DNA of 64,000 bases from Gammaproteobacteria bacterium (GTDB lineage: Bacteria > Pseudomonadota > Gammaproteobacteria > Acidiferrobacterales > Sulfurifustaceae). The stretch's first letter is position 1, and the number at the start of each line of letters is the position of its first letter. A program made the position numbers and the translations under genes. The stretch spans positions 28,975 to 92,974 of the forward strand of contig SCRL01000006.1 in assembly GCA_004298065.1 (NCBI GenBank). The letters run 5' to 3'. Below the pieces are notes generated by a model, which worked only from the letters and a program-made list of their open reading frames with translations, made no database searches and had not been told where the DNA came from. Shown piece by piece: positions 27,429 through 36,424 of the stretch.

Positions 27429-29616
27429 TTTGGCCTCCTTCGGGTTGCGCATCGCGCGTGCTTTTCAACAGCGCCAACGCGTTCTTGGATCGTTGGATAG
27501 CGAGGGATGATGTCTGCGCGGGCGGGTCCGGCGTGTCCGCGCCCCGGCCGCTTCCCGCCCCACCCAGGAAGAGCGTTTCCGCGCCGCGCTGGATTTCCTT
27601 TTCGTCGGCCCTGTTGTTTCGGATGTCTGACGTCCTTTTGGACTTCGGCGTATGCGCATCCGCCACGGCGCGCGTGGCCTTCCTCGCATTGGACTCGATC
27701 TCGGCCATGCGCTGGTCGATGAGCAGCCGCTTCGCCTGACGGTCGTTCTCGCCCGCGGCCTCGGCGCGCTTCGCGGCGAGCCCGAGTTCCTCGACCTCGA
27801 AGAGTGACTTGCCCCCGTAGACGGCGCTGGGGTCGAGCAGCCTGCACGGCTCGAAACCGCGGGGCAGCTTGGGACTGCGCAGGTAGACGTTCTCCATGTT
27901 TCGTGGGTCGAACGACACGTCGACCGTCCACTCGTCTCGCCGCGCCCTGGCGAACCAGTCCTCGCGCATCGCCGTGGGGCATGTGTAGTAGCCGTTCTTG
28001 AACTTGATGCCCTTCGCCGTCACGCGCGCGGTGTCCGAAGGCATCACGTTCAGCGACACTTCCTCGACGGTCAGCGTCTTGAGAAAGCCACTGCGGTTCA
28101 CAACACCCCACTCCCAGAGATCGATGGGCGCGGCCGACAGCCCGTCGGTCACCATGTCGGCCGGCAGACGCACGTCCCGGATGGGGGTGAAGTTGTGCTC
28201 GAGGACGGCGTAGATGACCAGCTGCGTGAACTCGTGCAGGTCGAGGGCGGCATCCAGCCGGTAGTCCCTCGATCCCCGTTCGTTGAAGTCCTTCTCGACG
28301 TAGCCCGGCGCGAACTGCCTGAACTTGGCCGGCACGATCCCGAACCGGCGCTCGACCATGGCCTTGAGGTCGGCCCGCCCCGGACTCGCGTTTTCGATAT
28401 CGATACCGAGCGACTTCACGATGTTCTCCGCGAGGGATACGCTGATAAGCTCGCCCCGGTCTCCCATAATGCGCCGGGGCGCGTAATGCGAGGGCCAGTC
28501 CGCCTCGACGATGTCGATGCCATGGCGCCGGCAGAACTCGACCTTCGGCGTGACCATGTTGACCAGCGCCATCATCGCCCCGGCCCACGAGGGACCCTCG
28601 AAGCCGACGTACACCCCCGTGATCAGGCGGCTGAAGACGTCGACGACGAAGTAGATGACGGGACGCCCGACGATCCGCCGACGGTCGAACTGCGAGACGA
28701 GATAGACGTCGGCGACGGTCGCGTCGATCTGGAAGCGGTCCCCGGGCCCCAGCACGTCGCCATCGGCCGCGCCGAGCAGCTCGCGTTCGTGCAGGTTCCA
28801 GTCCTTGTCGCCGTTACGCCGCCGTCGGATGTAACGATGCGGGAAGTGGGTGTCGATGTAGTACTGCAGTTGCCGAACCGTGGGCTTCGCGTCCGGCTCG
28901 ACCTCGAACGCCACCACCCGGTGGTTCTCGTCCTTGACGCGCCTGCAGAAGTAAAGGCCGACGATGTAGTCCAACGCCTCCCGCAGGGTCGGCTGCTTGC
29001 GCGACAGATAGAAGTCCGCGCCGACGCGCAGCATCCGGCGTATCTCCTCGGCGGCGGCGTTGATTCCAACTCCAGGGGTGACGGTGCGGGGCGCGCCGAC
29101 CTTCTTCTTGCCCGCGAGATCGCGCCGCTTGCCGGGCGATCCGCAGTTCGCGTAGTCGGTGCGTAGCGCCTCGAAGGTCATCCCCCGCTTCCAGTACAGC
29201 TTCAGCAGGGCGCAGATCGTCTGGCGTGTGCTCTTGATTTCCTCCAGCCGCTTCTCGATCAGCGCCTTGCGGTCACGCTTGTAGAGAAGATCGCGGGCGT
29301 TGTCGCTTCCAACGAGAGGCGCGATCAGCGCGTACCGCTGCTCGTGCCGCGTGGCGGCGGCACCGGTCTCGACCACGCGAACGCCCGGGCGCGCCCATGG
29401 ATCGTTCGGCTCCACGACGAAGCGGCCGTTCTCGGGGTCGAGCTCCTCCTGCAGCCGGTGCGACGGCATGGGATAGGGCCAGGAGTCGTCGTCCATGCGA
29501 CACAGCCAAGTGTGCCGCGTAGCGGGGTCGATAAAAACGATGCGCAGCAGCGCGTCCTGTTCGCGGTCCCTGACGAGCATCCGCTCGACGGGCAACACCG
29601 TGTGGTTCGTCGTCAT
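27421..29616 (-). CDS. tnsB: TnsB-like DDE (Mu-type) transposase
   Basis: About 730 aa with an rve-type core (RFQIDATVADV ... MGDRGE). The start at Met 29616 (MTTNHTVLP) forms an ATGA overlap with the tnsA stop. The ORF opening at 29772 is an over-extension. Confidence 0.88.
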   Translation of the reverse strand: MTTNHTVLPVERMLVRDREQDALLRIVFIDPATRHTWLCRMDDDSWPYPMPSHRLQEELDPENGRFVVEPNDPWARPGVRVVETGAAATRHEQRYALIAPLVGSDNARDLLYKRDRKALIEKRLEEIKSTRQTICALLKLYWKRGMTFEALRTDYANCGSPGKRRDLAGKKKVGAPRTVTPGVGINAAAEEIRRMLRVGADFYLSRKQPTLREALDYIVGLYFCRRVKDENHRVVAFEVEPDAKPTVRQLQYYIDTHFPHRYIRRRRNGDKDWNLHERELLGAADGDVLGPGDRFQIDATVADVYLVSQFDRRRIVGRPVIYFVVDVFSRLITGVYVGFEGPSWAGAMMALVNMVTPKVEFCRRHGIDIVEADWPSHYAPRRIMGDRGELISVSLAENIVKSLGIDIENASPGRADLKAMVERRFGIVPAKFRQFAPGYVEKDFNERGSRDYRLDAALDLHEFTQLVIYAVLEHNFTPIRDVRLPADMVTDGLSAAPIDLWEWGVVNRSGFLKTLTVEEVSLNVMPSDTARVTAKGIKFKNGYYTCPTAMREDWFARARRDEWTVDVSFDPRNMENVYLRSPKLPRGFEPCRLLDPSAVYGGKSLFEVEELGLAAKRAEAAGENDRQAKRLLIDQRMAEIESNARKATRAVADAHTPKSKRTSDIRNNRADEKEIQRGAETLFLGGAGSGRGADTPDPPAQTSSLAIQRSKNALALLKSTRDAQPEGGQNG

Positions 29617-30437
29617 GCCGCACCTCCTGATATAGAAAGGTCTCCGACCGGCAACTCCTGGATGAACCGCGCGCGAAGGTCCGCGCGGACTTGCTTCGTG
29701 CCCAGCAGCCGCCGTAGCGCCGCCAGCGCGATGCCGGGCCTGCGCCCGAGTTTTCCGTCGATCGCGCCGCACGCGATCCGGACTGGCGCATGCGGCCGTG
29801 CCTGCCGCTCCATGGCGAGCTCGCGATAAACGGCCATGTCGGCGCCGTCGTCAACGGTGTTTCCCGCATCCGGCTGGCCTGAATCCAAGATCCACGCGAG
29901 ATTCCGCGTGAAGGTGGTCTTGACCTCGCGGTCGGTGAGCACGCTCCACGGCACCTCGTGGCGTTCCCAATACCGCCGCTCTATCTCGAGCTTCTCGAGA
30001 GTCCGATCGTCGGCGAGCGCCTCGGCCTGCTTCACCGCATAGGCCGCGGTTTCGGTGCCCCGCGACGTGCGCCGGGTCAGAACCAAGTCGGTTGTCATCA
30101 CCCACAGCGCGCCGCTGATTGGGTCGACCGGATGGCGCACGTTGCACAGCGCCGCGATCTCGAGCGTCTCTCTCCGGTCGACGAGAGGAAATTGCTCACG
30201 GATGTCGACTACCTCGTCGTCCCACCATTGCAGGAGGAACGCGTAGTACTCGTTGTCGGAAAGCAGGTGATGCGTCCGACCGGTCTTCGGGCAGTAGACC
30301 CGGTGAACGCGCCCGAGCGACGGTACGTCGGCCACCGTCAGCCAGGGCTTGTAGCTCGCGCCCGTGCCCTTCCCGCGACCCTGCTTGATGAAGCGCAGGA
30401 TCTTCTGCTCAGTGAAACCGTATCGGCGTCTCGCCAT
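29613..30437 (-). CDS. tnsA: TnsA-like transposition endonuclease
   Basis: 274 aa. The N-terminal KQGRGKGTGASYKPWL and the LSDNEYYAFLLQWWDDEVVDIREQ restriction-endonuclease-like fold are typical of TnsA. Confidence 0.85.
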   Translation of the reverse strand: MARRRYGFTEQKILRFIKQGRGKGTGASYKPWLTVADVPSLGRVHRVYCPKTGRTHHLLSDNEYYAFLLQWWDDEVVDIREQFPLVDRRETLEIAALCNVRHPVDPISGALWVMTTDLVLTRRTSRGTETAAYAVKQAEALADDRTLEKLEIERRYWERHEVPWSVLTDREVKTTFTRNLAWILDSGQPDAGNTVDDGADMAVYRELAMERQARPHAPVRIACGAIDGKLGRRPGIALAALRRLLGTKQVRADLRARFIQELPVGDLSISGGAA

Positions 30438-30648
30438 AAATCCTCCTTAGATTCGCCTCGACGAGCGTTCGGCTTTCCTCGCTCGCGACATGCGTCGAGA
30501 TGACGTGGCAAGCGACCGCGTCGGTGACGCAGTAAACGATCGGCCGTTCGACGGACTTGGCGTCGCGCCCGGCCGCCACGAACGCATCGGCGCGAAAGGC
30601 CTCGATGCGGCAACGGGCGGCGCGGCGCGGAATCTGATTCGCGCGCAT
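30409..30648 (-). CDS. small hypothetical protein (79 aa) upstream of and overlapping tnsA
   Basis: A strong Shine-Dalgarno (AAGGAG) lies 6 nt before the ATG at 30648. The gene overlaps the tnsA start by 29 nt. No family recognised. Confidence 0.45.
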   Translation of the reverse strand: MRANQIPRRAARCRIEAFRADAFVAAGRDAKSVERPIVYCVTDAVACHVISTHVASEESRTLVEANLRRIYGETPIRFH

Positions 30649-31366
30649 GAGCACTCCTTCGCCGACGGGTCGGCGAAACATGAAAAAGGAAGGAGCTTGA
30701 CTGCGCGGGAGGCGTGGCGGATACTGATGTTGCTAGACAGTCGGTATCCACCGACCGCGCCCCTGGCGGCAAGCTCCGGTTTGTCGTTAGGGGTTTTTTA
30801 TTTCCCCCTCCAACCAACTCCAATCGTCGTTACTTCATATCTCCTCCTCGCGACAGATCGCGCGATATTTTAGGAATCGTCCGGCGACGGAACTGCTCGA
30901 AAAAACCCGGTAAAAACAGACTCCAAACGCCATGCACACACGCGCATCGCCGCGTGATTCAGCGGCCTTCCGGATCGGATTTGCATATTTTACTACAAGA
31001 CCGCGCGTTCCGAATAATGCGAAGCGCGTTTTCTCGTGCATGTCTTCACACGCATGAGAAATGACGTGCGACGTTATTCCATAGAGATTAGGTCTTCGTC
31101 CGTCGTTGTCGCGAGATCGATTCGCGCGATGTTTTCGCGCGCGACCGTCAACATGTACAGAATGTGTACCGGTTGAGTTTTTGTTAACCGGTCACAAAAA
31201 ATAAACGGCGCCCCCGACGGGACAAGCGGGTTGCGTGCTCACCTGCATGAGCAGCAATTGACCGGCCACCGTCACGCGCATACCCTCATCCGCATGACCA
31301 AGCTCCGGATGACAACACTCCGAGCGCGGCGCGAGATCGTGTTGGCCGCCCCGGATCAGATTCTTC

Positions 31367-31822
31367 ATGGCGTATATGCGTAACCGCACGCGCCAGATCG
31401 TGCTCGGCACGGAGGGCGAGTTCGAGATGTACGGCCTGACGCTGCGGGGCGCCGGGAACGTGGACCCCGCGTCGCCTGTGTGCCTGCCGCTTGAGCGCGC
31501 CCTGGCGCGGCTCCTTCCCATCCTCGAAACGCTCTGGAAGCTCGACCGCGCCACCCAGGCGAGGCTTCTCAAGGTGCGCCCGTCCACCCTGGAGCGTTAC
31601 CGCCGCGGCCAGTCCGTCCCGCGCAGGCGCGAGCAGCTCGAACGTATCGCGGACCTGACTCGCATCTACGCGGCCCTGCGCGTCCTCCTGCCGCGCCCCG
31701 AGGCCGCGGACGCGTGGCCCACGCGTTCCAACACGCGCTTTCGCCCCAACCCCGTCGCCTACATGAAGCGCCACGGGATAAAGGGCGTGGAGCGCTACCT
31801 GTGGGCGGAACTGGCGGGGTAG
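31367..31822 (+). CDS. Xre-type antitoxin with DUF2384 (ParS/MbcA-like) C-terminal domain
   Basis: HTH-like LDRATQARLLKVRPSTLERYRRG, followed by AADAWPTRSNTRFRPNPVAYMKRHGIKGVERYLW, which resembles the DUF2384 toxin-binding domain. No RES-domain partner follows. Confidence 0.6.
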   Translation: MAYMRNRTRQIVLGTEGEFEMYGLTLRGAGNVDPASPVCLPLERALARLLPILETLWKLDRATQARLLKVRPSTLERYRRGQSVPRRREQLERIADLTRIYAALRVLLPRPEAADAWPTRSNTRFRPNPVAYMKRHGIKGVERYLWAELAG

Positions 31823-31849
31823 TGAGGCGATGTACACGGTGGTCGTGAT

Positions 31850-32424
31850 ATGAAGCTCTCCGAACTGGTGGCCTCCGTCGGCTGGGCCGAGGCGCGGGCC
31901 TCACTCCTTTGGAGTTACTCGGACGTGGAGAAATCCATCGAGGGCTACCGGCGGGTGTTCGATTCCCTGCGAAGACTGAAGCCGGCCGCCTCGACCATGC
32001 GGCTCGTCGTCCACCGGACCTTCCGGGAAGAACTCGACGACGCCCCCTTCGCTCAGGTGAGCGGGCGAAACGGGACGCGCAACCGGGACAAGCGGACTTC
32101 AAGCACCTCGGCCAGTCCGCCGATCCGGACTACGCCGATGCGGAAACGAACTTCTCGCTTGCGTTCGAGCCTTGGGAGCAGTGGCTCGGCATGGACATCG
32201 ATCCGCAGACGCTTCGAGACTACACGCCCGCGCAGATCATGGCGCACTGCCTGTGGGAGATGACCTTCCACGGCTTCGAGCAGTCCGAGATCCAGGCCGA
32301 GCGCGACGAGATCAAACGGCGCGTCGAGGAACTCGATTCCATGACCGAGGAGGAGCGCAGGAAACGCCTCATTCCCTGGGAGCAGGTGAAGAAGGACCTG
32401 CTGGGCGACCAAGAGCAGGAGTGA
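31850..32424 (+). pseudogene. frameshifted gene of unknown function
   Basis: The N-terminal half is in the frame of ORF 31850..32263. The convincing C-terminal half (FSLAFEPWEQWLGMDIDPQTLRDYTPAQIMAHCLWEMTFHGFEQSEIQ...) is in the frame of ORF 31909..32424. The frame switch lies near 32085-32100. Confidence 0.6.
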
Positions 32425-32432
32425 ACCGACCG

Positions 32433-33119
32433 ATGCGCCACAAACCGAAACGCAGCCGAACGACACGTCGGGTCGCCAGGAAAACGCCGGCCTACGAGCG
32501 GGACGACGGACCGCTGACTGAAGAGCAGATCGCAGCGATCAAGAAGCTCGTGCCGCAGGGGCGCGGCATGAGGATTGCGTCGTCCTGTTTCCGGACGAGA
32601 CGGCGCGGACAGGCGGTCGCACCGGAAAGCGGCGCGGGAAATGATACGCATCGGGTTGAATGGAACCATGACCAGGAAAATCACCAGACACACCAAGACG
32701 CCGTGCGCGAAGAGGGGCGGCAAGGGGTGGAAAGCTTTCCAGGCGATGCTGGACCGGCCGGCCCGCCGCAATCCGAAGCTCGCGCGGCTTCTCAAGACCA
32801 AGGCCCTGTGGGACTAAAACTACGCAATGGCATTTCGATGAGAAAGCGCGAGACAACCAACCGCCGCGGGAAAGAAGCGACGCAACGCCGGCCGAGGAAG
32901 CGGGCCGACAGCCAGCCGATCGCGAAGCAGATCGCAGCGATCCAAAGGCTGGCGGCCGCAGGGCTGCGGCAGGGCGGCAGCGTCGTCCTCGTTTCCGAAC
33001 GGACCGAACCGGGGGACGCCGCAGGGTCAAGCACCGGCATCCTTCGTAAGGCGGGTGGTTTTGCCCGTGCCCGCCGAGCTATACGCAAGTTAACCCAGGT
33101 TATCGTCCTAGGCGTATAA
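32433..33119 (+). pseudogene. tandemly duplicated, partly frameshifted small basic ORFs
   Basis: Two units start at 32433 (MRHKPKRSRTT...EEQIAAIKKL) and 32838 (MRKRETTNRR...AKQIAAIQRL). They share identical 16-mers about 402 nt apart, and unit 1 carries a 1-nt indel relative to unit 2. Confidence 0.4.
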
Positions 33120-33218
33120 ATGGGTAACTTCCGTATAAATGCGGATCGGTCCTCCGGCGGCTGGCCAACGGTGCGCACGACGAGGACCTGGGGCAATACG
33201 CTCACTGACGGAGACGCC

Positions 33219-33572
33219 ATGTTCACGATCACGGCACGAAAGCCCTCAAGCCCCGGGGAAATCCTCAAGGAGGAATTCATGGCGCCGGCGGGCCTGACCC
33301 AGGAAGGGCTTGCCGATGCTATCCACGTCGAGCGTCGCTGGATAAACGAGATCGTCGGCGACAAGCGCGGGATCACACCGGACACGGCGATACGCCTGGG
33401 CCGCTACTTCGGCGTGAGCGCGCGGTTCTGGATGAACCTGCAGGCGCGCCACAACCTCTGGCATGTTCTGGCGGAGCGCAGGAAGGAGTACGAGCGTATC
33501 AAGCCGCACAAGGCAAGGCTGGCATATCGGCCCGTAATGCGGAAGAAACTCCATGGGCGCGGGCGTTCATGA
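33219..33572 (+). CDS. higA: HigA-family antitoxin (HTH), apparently orphan
   Basis: PGEILKEEFMAPAGLTQEGLADAIHVERRWINEIVGDKRGITPDTAIRLGRYFGVSARFWMNLQ is a typical HigA/VapI HTH. No intact HigB ORF lies upstream. Confidence 0.8.
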   Translation: MFTITARKPSSPGEILKEEFMAPAGLTQEGLADAIHVERRWINEIVGDKRGITPDTAIRLGRYFGVSARFWMNLQARHNLWHVLAERRKEYERIKPHKARLAYRPVMRKKLHGRGRS

Positions 33573-33575
33573 AAA

Positions 33576-33607
33576 GAAACGGCGGCCAACCCCTTGGCCG
33601 CCGTTTC
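33576..33607. terminator. stable hairpin (14-bp perfect stem) after higA
   Basis: GAAACGGCGGCCAA-CCCC-TTGGCCGCCGTTTC. The U-tract is weak on the plus strand, while a TTTT run follows on the minus strand. Confidence 0.55.
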
Positions 33608-33972
33608 CTCGCCGCGCTCCACGGCAACACCCCCTGTGTTCAGATCATCGGGCGCGGGTGACGGACGAAGGTTATAACACGGCCGTCCATTCTGTGTTGT
33701 AACTCCGGCCACCCGTGGCATTATCCCTCTCACCCATGCCAAGCTTCACAGCTCAGCACTTCCACTTCGGCACCTAGCGGACCCGAAGCAAAGATGTCCC
33801 TGCCTGGGATGGCCTTGAGGACTTCTTCTGCATGGATACATATGACGTGATGCCGGACCGGTAATGCGCAGAAAGCGCCAGTTGCATCAGTCCCACGCTC
33901 GGCGTCTGATGCGCGGCGGCCAGGAGACGCGGGGCGCCTCTGGATCCACCGGCCTCGACCGGGGGGTTCGGT

Positions 33973-34350
33973 TCAGGGGAATACACCGTTCGGCCCGCGG
34001 TGGTAAATCAAGTCCTCCACGGGCTGTCCGCCGACGAAATGCTCGCGGATGATCCGGTCCAGGTTCGCCTCGGTCACGTTGTAATACCAGATGCCATCCG
34101 GTTGCACGCAGACGATCGGCCCGGATTTGCAGGTGGCGAAGCAGTACGTGCGGGTGCGTTTGACACGTTGTTCGCCTTGATCGAGACCGGCTGCCTTGAA
34201 TTTCTCGCCGAGGCCGTCGAACAACGCCTGGGATTCGCCGTTCTCCGTGCAGCGCGGGCCGACGCAGACCAGCAGGTGGCGTTTGTAAGGCTGCATTTTC
34301 GGTTTTGCGATCTCCACCGGGATCGCGCCGACAGGCCCGGCGTCAGACAT
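33973..34350 (-). CDS. thioredoxin-like [2Fe-2S] ferredoxin, last gene of the cobalamin operon
   Basis: The cysteine pattern LLVCVGPRC ... CFATCKSGP is typical of the thioredoxin-like ferredoxin family. It overlaps the preceding cbiH gene by 8 nt. Confidence 0.75.
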   Translation of the reverse strand: MSDAGPVGAIPVEIAKPKMQPYKRHLLVCVGPRCTENGESQALFDGLGEKFKAAGLDQGEQRVKRTRTYCFATCKSGPIVCVQPDGIWYYNVTEANLDRIIREHFVGGQPVEDLIYHRGPNGVFP

Positions 34351-35287
34351 CCTTACTCTCCTCGTTCCGAACCGACTCGATCTCGATTACCGGCAGATCG
34401 AAATGACGGGCGATCGCCTCCGACGACTCGCCGCGCAACAGGCGTTCGCGCACGCTCATCTTCCAGCCGTCCAGCCCGTGGCTGAGCGAACGCCCGGCCT
34501 GTTCGCCTGCCAGCGTCTCGCCGGTGACGCCATCGTATTTATTGGCATAACCGCGCGGCGTAATCATCAGGCCGTCCTGCATGAAGGTGTTGCTGTTGCC
34601 GACCAGCACGGTGGTGAGCATGCCGATCTCGCAGTCGGCCATCTGCGCGAGGCGCGTCATCTGGATGGATTGTTTTTTGCGGTACGCCGATTTGACCACC
34701 GCGACCGGTGTGTCCGGCGCGCGGTGCCGCAGCAGGATGCGTTGCGCCTCGACGATCTGCTGCGTGCGCCGCCCGCTCTTGGGGTTGTAAAGCGCGATCA
34801 CGAAGTCCGCGCGCGCCGCGGCGTCCAGCCGGCGCGCGATCACCGGCCAGGGCGTGAGCAGGTCGGAGAGCGAGATCGAGCAGAAGTCGTGGGTGAGTGG
34901 CGCACCGACCAAGGCCGCGCACGCCGAAAGCGCCGTGGTGCCCGGGACCGCCTCGACCTCGATGCCGTCGCCGGGATGCCAGCCGGATTGCAGCAACACC
35001 TCATACGTGGGTCCGGCCATGCCGTAGACGCCGATGTCGCCCGACGAGATCAGTGCCACGATCCGGCCCTGGCGCGCGCGGTCGTACGCCTCGGTGCAGC
35101 GATCGAGCTCTTCCGTCATGCCCTTGCGTATCACTTCCTTGCCGTCCAGCAAGTCTTGTACCAGCTTGATGTAGGTCGAGTAGCCGATGACGACATCAGC
35201 CTCGGCGATGGCGGCGCGTGCGCGGAAGCTCATGTGCTCCTGCGCGCCGGGCCCGAAGCCCACCAGATATATTTTTCCATTACTCAT
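34343..35287 (-). CDS. cbiH: precorrin-3B / cobalt-factor III C17-methyltransferase
   Basis: GFGPG tetrapyrrole methylase N-terminus, SSGDIGVYGMAG, and a roughly 60-aa C-terminal extension. Confidence 0.88.
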   Translation of the reverse strand: MSNGKIYLVGFGPGAQEHMSFRARAAIAEADVVIGYSTYIKLVQDLLDGKEVIRKGMTEELDRCTEAYDRARQGRIVALISSGDIGVYGMAGPTYEVLLQSGWHPGDGIEVEAVPGTTALSACAALVGAPLTHDFCSISLSDLLTPWPVIARRLDAAARADFVIALYNPKSGRRTQQIVEAQRILLRHRAPDTPVAVVKSAYRKKQSIQMTRLAQMADCEIGMLTTVLVGNSNTFMQDGLMITPRGYANKYDGVTGETLAGEQAGRSLSHGLDGWKMSVRERLLRGESSEAIARHFDLPVIEIESVRNEESKDV

Positions 35288-35678
35288 TTCCTGTCCTCAC
35301 GATGGAAACCGTGGCGTTCCTGCCGTCCGCGCCGCGGTGTTTGTGTTTCTCGACCAGCAGATGTTTGAGCCCGGCATGCGCCGCGAGCAGCGCGGCCGCC
35401 TCGGCCACCGCCGGCGTGCCCATGTACTTCAATACCGTCGCGGAGGGATTCGGCACAGGCACCTTCGCCAGTTCCTCCGCGCTGAAAAAATGCAGCGGCC
35501 AGTTCCAGCGCGCGGCCAGCATCAGGATGCATGCCTCGTCGCTCTTCTTGTCGATGGTCGCCAGTCCCTGCACCGCCACCCGGTCGAGGCCGGCCAGCTT
35601 CAGCGCCTGATCCACGGCGGTCTCCAGCGTTTCGAGCGGCGTGCCGCGATCGCAACCCACGCCCAATAACACGCGCAT
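35280..35678 (-). CDS. CbiG C-terminal / CobE-like domain protein
   Basis: MRVLLGVGCDRGTP ... VLKYMGTPAVAEAAAL matches the CobE/CbiG C-terminal domain. ATGA overlap with the upstream gene. Confidence 0.8.
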   Translation of the reverse strand: MRVLLGVGCDRGTPLETLETAVDQALKLAGLDRVAVQGLATIDKKSDEACILMLAARWNWPLHFFSAEELAKVPVPNPSATVLKYMGTPAVAEAAALLAAHAGLKHLLVEKHKHRGADGRNATVSIVRTGNE

Positions 35679-36424
35679 CAGTCCTGGCCCTCTGGCGGCC
35701 GGTAGACCACCAGACGCTCGTGCAATTGTTGCCATAGCGCCGCGGTTATCTCGCGGCGCGTCACCCACAGCACGGCGCGAAAGTCTTCGAGCTTCACGTC
35801 ATCGAAGCGTTCGAAGAGATGGATGTTGCGCGGCAGGGCGGTCGGTCGCGTCCACCATTTTGTCGAGCCCGCCTCCTGCACGAAGGCGACCGGCTCGCCG
35901 TTGACCACGTGCGCCGAGACGCGCGTGATATTGATCTTAGGCGCCTCGACCCGCCATCCGAGTTCGCGCCCGAGAATATCGACAGGGACGGTCTTGCCGA
36001 CGTCGGAGGCGGTGGTCAGCACCGCCGTCGCGCCGAGCAGTGCGGCGATTGTCTCGGCGCAGGCGTTGGCGCCGCCGACGTGGCCGGAGAGCACCGGGAT
36101 GACGAAGCGCGCGGCGTCGTCCACCACCAGCACGCCCGGGTCTTCGTCCTTCGATTTGAGATGTGGCGCGATAAGCCGCACGACGGCGCCGAGCGAAACG
36201 AAAAACACGATCTGATCGTAGACCGCGAACAGTTGGGCGATTTGGGCGCTGAGGGCGCCGGCATACGGCTTCACTGCATTCGGTACATCTCCAAGCCGCG
36301 CGGCGAATTTCTCCGCGACGATCACGTCCGCCGCTGGCAGCCGGGGCGCGAGTTTTTCCAGCAGCGAGGAGCCGTGTTTGGTGATGGCCACCAGCGCCAC
36401 GCGCGCTTGTCCGGGGATACTCAC
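35678..36424 (-). CDS. cbiG: cobalamin biosynthesis protein CbiG (N-terminal and middle domains)
   Basis: LVAITKHGS ... VVDDAARFVIPVLSGHVGGANA is typical of CbiG. Confidence 0.85.
   Translation of the reverse strand: MSIPGQARVALVAITKHGSSLLEKLAPRLPAADVIVAEKFAARLGDVPNAVKPYAGALSAQIAQLFAVYDQIVFFVSLGAVVRLIAPHLKSKDEDPGVLVVDDAARFVIPVLSGHVGGANACAETIAALLGATAVLTTASDVGKTVPVDILGRELGWRVEAPKINITRVSAHVVNGEPVAFVQEAGSTKWWTRPTALPRNIHLFERFDDVKLEDFRAVLWVTRREITAALWQQLHERLVVYRPPEGQD

Larger units (their letters stand above)
24008..30437 (-). mobile_element. Tn7-like transposition module tnsA-tnsB-tnsC-tniQ (ends not securely located)
   Basis: Four genes in canonical Tn7 order on one strand with overlapping junctions. 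Confidence 0.85.

Noticed and set aside
31192-31587. 131-aa minus-strand ORF abutting the candidate transposon end, considered as a possible attachment-site gene
   Set aside because: Most of it is Arg/Ser-rich shadow antisense to the DUF2384 antitoxin gene. The non-overlapping 58-codon tail has no recognisable features or Shine-Dalgarno.
33120-33218. Possible HigB remnant upstream of higA (GNFRINAD, vaguely like the HigB '...WRI.F' strand)
   Set aside because: The similarity rests on a handful of residues, the frame has no plausible N-terminal half, and I cannot support the call without a profile search.
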